Source: Mycolicibacterium smegmatis
Lineage (GTDB): Bacteria; Actinomycetota; Actinomycetes; Mycobacteriales; Mycobacteriaceae
NCBI RefSeq assembly: GCF_001457595.1
Contig: NZ_LN831039.1
Span: 180,001 to 212,000, forward strand
DNA: 32,000 nt
Reading direction: 5' to 3'
How positions within the stretch are numbered: the stretch's first letter is position 1; each line of letters starts with the position of its first letter. A model generated the notes under the pieces. The model ran no database searches, was not told the DNA's origin, and saw only the letters and a list, made by a program, of their open reading frames with translations. Positions 28,275 through 32,000 of the stretch are shown one piece after another. A program made the translations under genes and the position numbers.

Positions 28275-28358
28275 AATCGGGGGATTGCATCGGGGTTACC
28301 CCGATCTGAAGGCGTAGTGCCTGGCCCCGAGCACTTTTTGGCGAGTAGAGGGATGGAC

Positions 28359-29639
28359 ATGGCCGAGACCCGACCTGTGAACGATGACCCCGCAGTGCCG
28401 AAAAACGTCGGTGGGAAGGCGTTGTCCGGCGTCCGCGTACTGGACATGACGCATGTGCAATCCGGACCGTCGGCAACGCAGCTGCTGGCGTGGCTGGGCG
28501 CCGACGTCATCAAACTCGAGGCACCCAAGACCGGGGACATCACCCGCAACCAGCTGCGTGACGTGCCGGGCGTCGACAGCCTGTACTTCACGATGCTCAA
28601 CTGCAACAAGCGCAGCATCACGGTCAACATGAAAAGTGACGCCGGCAAGCAGATCTTCACCGACCTGGTGTCCCGCGTGGACATCCTGGTGGAGAACTTC
28701 GGGCCGGGCGTCGTCGACCGCTTCGGTTTCCCGTGGGAACGGCTGCAGGAGATCAATCCGAGGCTGATCTACGCCTCGATCAAGGGCTTCGGTCCCGGTA
28801 AATACGCCAACTTCAAGGCGTACGAGGTCATCGCACAGGCCATGGGCGGTTCGATGGCCACCACGGGCTTCGAACACGCTCCGCCCACGGTCACCGGAGC
28901 GCAGATCGGTGATTCCGGGACCGGCATCCACCTGGTCGCGGGAGTTCTCGCCGCGCTGTACCAACGCGTCAGCACCGGTCGCGGACAACGCGTCGAGGTC
29001 GCGATGCAGGAGGCCGTGCTCAATCTCTGCCGCGTGAAACTGCGTGATCAGCAACGGCTCACGCACGGTCCGTTGGCCGAATACCCCAACGACAACTTCA
29101 CCGACGAGGTGCCGCGCGCCGGCAACGCCTCCGGCGGCGGGCAGCCCGGATGGGCGGTGCGGACCAAGGGCGGCGGGCCCAACGACTACATCTACATCAT
29201 CGTCCAACCGCAGGTCTGGGCTCCGCTGGCCGAGCTGATCGGCCATCCCGAGCTCGCCGACCACCCGGACTGGGCGCGTCCTGAAAATCGGCTGAACAAG
29301 CTGGACAAGATGTTCGCGCTGATCGAGGACTGGTCGGAGCGGCTCTCCAAGTGGGAGGCGCTTGAGGCGCTCAACGCGTTGAACGTCCCCTGCGGACCAG
29401 TGCTCGGCACCAAGGAACTCATCGAGGATGAGACGTTGGCCGAACTCGGCGCGGTCGTCGAGGTCGAACACCCGCAGCGGGGCTCGTTCAAGACCGTCGG
29501 GTCGCCGCTGCGTCTGTCGGATTCCCCGGTGGAGATCGTCCGCTCGCCGCTGCTCGGCGAACACACCGACGCGATCTGCGCCGAACTGGGCTACACGCCA
29601 GAACAACTCGAACTCTTCCGGGTCTCCGGAGCCATCTGA
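28359..29639 (+). CDS. CaiB/BaiF CoA-transferase, Frc-like paralog (possible oxalate CoA-transferase)
   Basis: [71 protein letters not shown]; [29 protein letters not shown]; [22 protein letters not shown]; [21 protein letters not shown]. Start could be 28353 or 28359. Confidence 0.88.
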   Translation: MAETRPVNDDPAVPKNVGGKALSGVRVLDMTHVQSGPSATQLLAWLGADVIKLEAPKTGDITRNQLRDVPGVDSLYFTMLNCNKRSITVNMKSDAGKQIFTDLVSRVDILVENFGPGVVDRFGFPWERLQEINPRLIYASIKGFGPGKYANFKAYEVIAQAMGGSMATTGFEHAPPTVTGAQIGDSGTGIHLVAGVLAALYQRVSTGRGQRVEVAMQEAVLNLCRVKLRDQQRLTHGPLAEYPNDNFTDEVPRAGNASGGGQPGWAVRTKGGGPNDYIYIIVQPQVWAPLAELIGHPELADHPDWARPENRLNKLDKMFALIEDWSERLSKWEALEALNALNVPCGPVLGTKELIEDETLAELGAVVEVEHPQRGSFKTVGSPLRLSDSPVEIVRSPLLGEHTDAICAELGYTPEQLELFRVSGAI

Positions 29640-29732
29640 AAGAACGGGTCAGCAGCCCACGAGCGAAAGGCAGTGCGTATCGAGTCAAGCTGTTAGGCAC
29701 TACCGCAAGTGCATTGAGACGACGACGATCAT

Positions 29733-29751
29733 CGGCACGCTGTGCGTGCCG
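29733..29751. promoter_or_regulatory. Short perfect inverted repeat CGGCACGC-tgt-GCGTGCCG upstream of MFS paralog 3
   Basis: 8-bp stem, 3-nt loop in the 213-bp gap between the Frc-like and MFS genes. Confidence 0.4.
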
Positions 29752-29852
29752 CGATTACGGCAAGCGCTCGACATCAGGCACGGTGACCACCACCTTGCGT
29801 GAATGGGGCAATCGAGCGCCGGCCGCGATCATCGCAAGAAAGAGAATGAACG

Positions 29853-31235
29853 ATGTCTTCAGCGCTCGCAAATTACCGCGAGATAACTGACGCGAACAAC
29901 CGCGTCTACCGCATCGGAGAATCCGATCGCGAAATCCTGGGCCGTTCACGGTCCTGGATGGTCTGGCTGCCGTGGCTCGCCATGATGGCCGTGAGTGTTT
30001 ACGAATACGGCTATGGCGCCGCCGAAGAGGCCATCCGGGACGCACACGGGTGGAGCATGTCGGAGACGTTCTGGCTGCTGGCCATCTGGGCGCTGTTCCA
30101 GGCCGGCATCGCCTTCCCCGCAGGCAAACTGCGTGAGAAGGGCATCGTGTCGGCTCGTGCCGCGATGCTCATCGGCGCGGCCCTGTCCGCACTCGGGTTC
30201 GTCACCCTCACCCAGGGGAACCTGTTCGTCGCGTACCTCGGCTTCGCGGTGTGCGGCGGTATCGGGGCAGGCCTGGTGTACGCGACGTGTATCAACATGG
30301 TCGGCAAGTGGTTCCCCGAACGACGCGGCGGCAAGACCGGTTTCGTCAACGGCGGATTTGCTTACGGCGCAGTACCGTTCATTTTCATCTTCAGCTACGC
30401 GCTGCACCCGAGCACCTACGTGTGGGTGCTCGACCTCGTCGGTGCGTACATGCTGGTGGTCCTCGTCATCTGCGGCCTGATGTTCCGCGACCCGCCGAAG
30501 AACTGGTGGCCGGAGTCGGTCGACCCGCTGCAGTGGGCCAACAGCAAGGCCGGTGCCAAGGGGCTGGCCAAGAACCCGCCTGCCGTCAAGCAGTTCACGC
30601 CGATGGAGGCCATCAAGACCGGCATGTTGCCGCTCATGTGGCTGTCGTTGGGCATCAGCGCAGGTGTGTCTCTCTTCGGCAGCAGCTACATGGTGCCGTT
30701 CGCCAAGGAACTCGGCTTCGGGCCGCTGATCGCGGCATCGTCGGCGGGCGTGCTGTCGATCATCAACGGCACCGGACGCGGCGCGACCGGATGGGTGTCG
30801 GACCGGCTCGGCCGCAAGCTGACGCTGATCCTGGTGCTGCTGGTGTCGGCCGTGGCGCTCGTGGGCCTGCTCTACGCGGGTCAGGCGCACAACGAGGTCC
30901 TGTTCCTGTTCTTCGCCTTCCTGGTGGGCTTCGGTGGCGGCGCGTTCTACCCGATGTTCGCGGCGCTGACCCCGGACTACTTCGGTGAGAACAACAACGC
31001 CAGTAACTACGGCCTGGTCTACAGCTCCAAGCTGCTGGGCTCGGTCGTCGGTATCGGTGTGGGCGCCAGCGTGATCGACACCTGGGGGTACGCCGGTGCG
31101 TACTGGATCGCCGCGGCCAGCGCCCTGGTGTCCGCCGCCATCGCTGTGTTCCTGCGCCAGCCAGGTCGCCGCAGCGGGGCAGCGGTTGCCCCGAGTTCGA
31201 CGAAGACGTCCACGTTGGCGTCGGCGTCGGACTGA
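29853..31235 (+). CDS. MFS transporter, OxlT/OFA-like, paralog 3
   Basis: 460 aa: YREITDANNRVYRIGESDREILGRSRSWMVWLPWLAMMAVSVYEYGYG; FVNGGFAYGAVPFIFIFSYAL; FRDPPKNWWPESVDPLQW; NGTGRGATGWVSDRLGRK; DYFGENNNASNYGLVYSSKLLGS. Confidence 0.9.
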   Translation: MSSALANYREITDANNRVYRIGESDREILGRSRSWMVWLPWLAMMAVSVYEYGYGAAEEAIRDAHGWSMSETFWLLAIWALFQAGIAFPAGKLREKGIVSARAAMLIGAALSALGFVTLTQGNLFVAYLGFAVCGGIGAGLVYATCINMVGKWFPERRGGKTGFVNGGFAYGAVPFIFIFSYALHPSTYVWVLDLVGAYMLVVLVICGLMFRDPPKNWWPESVDPLQWANSKAGAKGLAKNPPAVKQFTPMEAIKTGMLPLMWLSLGISAGVSLFGSSYMVPFAKELGFGPLIAASSAGVLSIINGTGRGATGWVSDRLGRKLTLILVLLVSAVALVGLLYAGQAHNEVLFLFFAFLVGFGGGAFYPMFAALTPDYFGENNNASNYGLVYSSKLLGSVVGIGVGASVIDTWGYAGAYWIAAASALVSAAIAVFLRQPGRRSGAAVAPSSTKTSTLASASD

Positions 31236-31244
31236 CCGAACAAC

Positions 31245-31281
31245 CGGCCGAGGGGGTCATGGAGGGGGATCCCCTCGGCCG
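31245..31281 (+). terminator. Hairpin downstream of MFS paralog 3
   Basis: CGGCCGAGGGG (31245-31255) / CCCCTCGGCCG (31271-31281), perfect 11-bp stem, no T tract. Confidence 0.45.
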
Positions 31282-31334
31282 TGTCCACACGAATACGTAC
31301 ATCGAGATCGGAGAGAACCCGCGCCGTGACCACA

Positions 31335-32000
31335 ATGCTGATCCACCACGAGATCTTCGCCGCCCACCGCACCGCGGCCGGGCACCCGGAACGTCCGGAC
31401 CGCTATCGAGCGGTGGAAATGGCCTTGGCGCAGAGCCGGTTCGACGATCTGCTGCGGGTCGAGGCCGAACTCGCCGAACTCGACGTCACGCGGTACGTCC
31501 ACAGCAACGCCTACGTCGACGCGCTCGAGGCTGCGCGACCGACCGACGGCTTCGTCTACCTCGACGGCGGCGACACCATGATGGAGCCCTCGACGTGGGA
31601 GGTCGTGCTACGCGGTGTCGGCGGCACACTGCAGGCCGTCGACAGTGTGCTCGACGGTACGGCGCAGAACGCCTTCGTCGCGTGCCGCCCGCCGGGGCAC
31701 CACGCGGAAACCGAGCGCGCGATGGGCTTCTGCCTGTTCAACAACATCAGCATCGGGGCGCGTCACGCGCAGCTCAAGCACGGATTGTCGCGCGTCGCGA
31801 TCGTCGACTTCGACGTGCACCACGGCAACGGAACCCAGGAGATCTTCTACTCCGACGGCAGTGTGGTGTACGCCTCGACCCATCAGATGCCGCTGTTCCC
31901 CGGCACCGGTGCAACCGATGAGACGGGCGTCGGCAACATTTTCAACGCACCGCTGCGCGCGGGCGACGGCGGTGACGAACTGCGGGAGGCGTTCCGGGAC
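31335..32000 (+). CDS. Histone deacetylase / acetylpolyamine amidohydrolase family protein, 3' end outside window
   Basis: My translation of frame 3 from ATG 31335: MLIHHEIFAAHRTAAGHPERPDRYRAVEMAL...FVACRPPGHHAETERAMGFCLFNNISIGARHAQ...VAIVDFDVHHGNGTQEIFYSDGSVVYASTHQMPLFPGTGA. Open to the window end, so absent from the ORF track. Confidence 0.9.
   Translation, partial: MLIHHEIFAAHRTAAGHPERPDRYRAVEMALAQSRFDDLLRVEAELAELDVTRYVHSNAYVDALEAARPTDGFVYLDGGDTMMEPSTWEVVLRGVGGTLQAVDSVLDGTAQNAFVACRPPGHHAETERAMGFCLFNNISIGARHAQLKHGLSRVAIVDFDVHHGNGTQEIFYSDGSVVYASTHQMPLFPGTGATDETGVGNIFNAPLRAGDGGDELREAFRD

Noticed and set aside
28296-29606. 436-aa minus-strand ORF antisense to the Frc-like gene
   Set aside because: Shadow ORF; an equivalent shadow (16206-17459) occurs opposite frc, showing it comes from codon structure rather than function.

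Overview
This is a high-GC actinobacterial window. Gene content and the 13E12/DUF222, Mce-associated and split pntAa/pntAb genes look mycobacterial, close to fast-growing Mycobacterium/Mycolicibacterium; the organism is inferred, not proven. The left ~5 kb is ordinary: a 3' fragment of an Mce-associated membrane protein, a YoaK/DUF1275 protein, a DUF222-HNH (13E12) protein, a MOSC protein and a sterol desaturase-like protein. From ~5 kb to the right end the window reads as an integrated oxalate/formate catabolism locus. It contains TetR, a ThiC-like protein lacking its Fe-S cysteine motif and coupled to pntB, pntAb, pntAa, a ketopantoate-reductase-family protein plus pyruvate kinase, a standalone PAS protein, LysR, oxc, frc, fdsGBAD (NAD-dependent formate dehydrogenase), an orphan 103-aa gene, three OxlT/OFA-like MFS paralogs, fdhD, a GntR/FCD regulator, a second Frc-like CoA-transferase, and a truncated histone-deacetylase-family gene missing from the supplied ORF track. 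The two observations most worth follow-up are: (1) a recurring GCATAC-n-GTATGC-type operator in most of the promoter regions between ~10 kb and 28.3 kb, including pntAa and the panE-like/pyk promoter, suggesting one regulon, probably under the encoded GntR; and (2) the truncated ThiC paralog without CxxCxxxxC, translationally coupled to the transhydrogenase operon. No rRNA, tRNA, CRISPR or IS element was seen.
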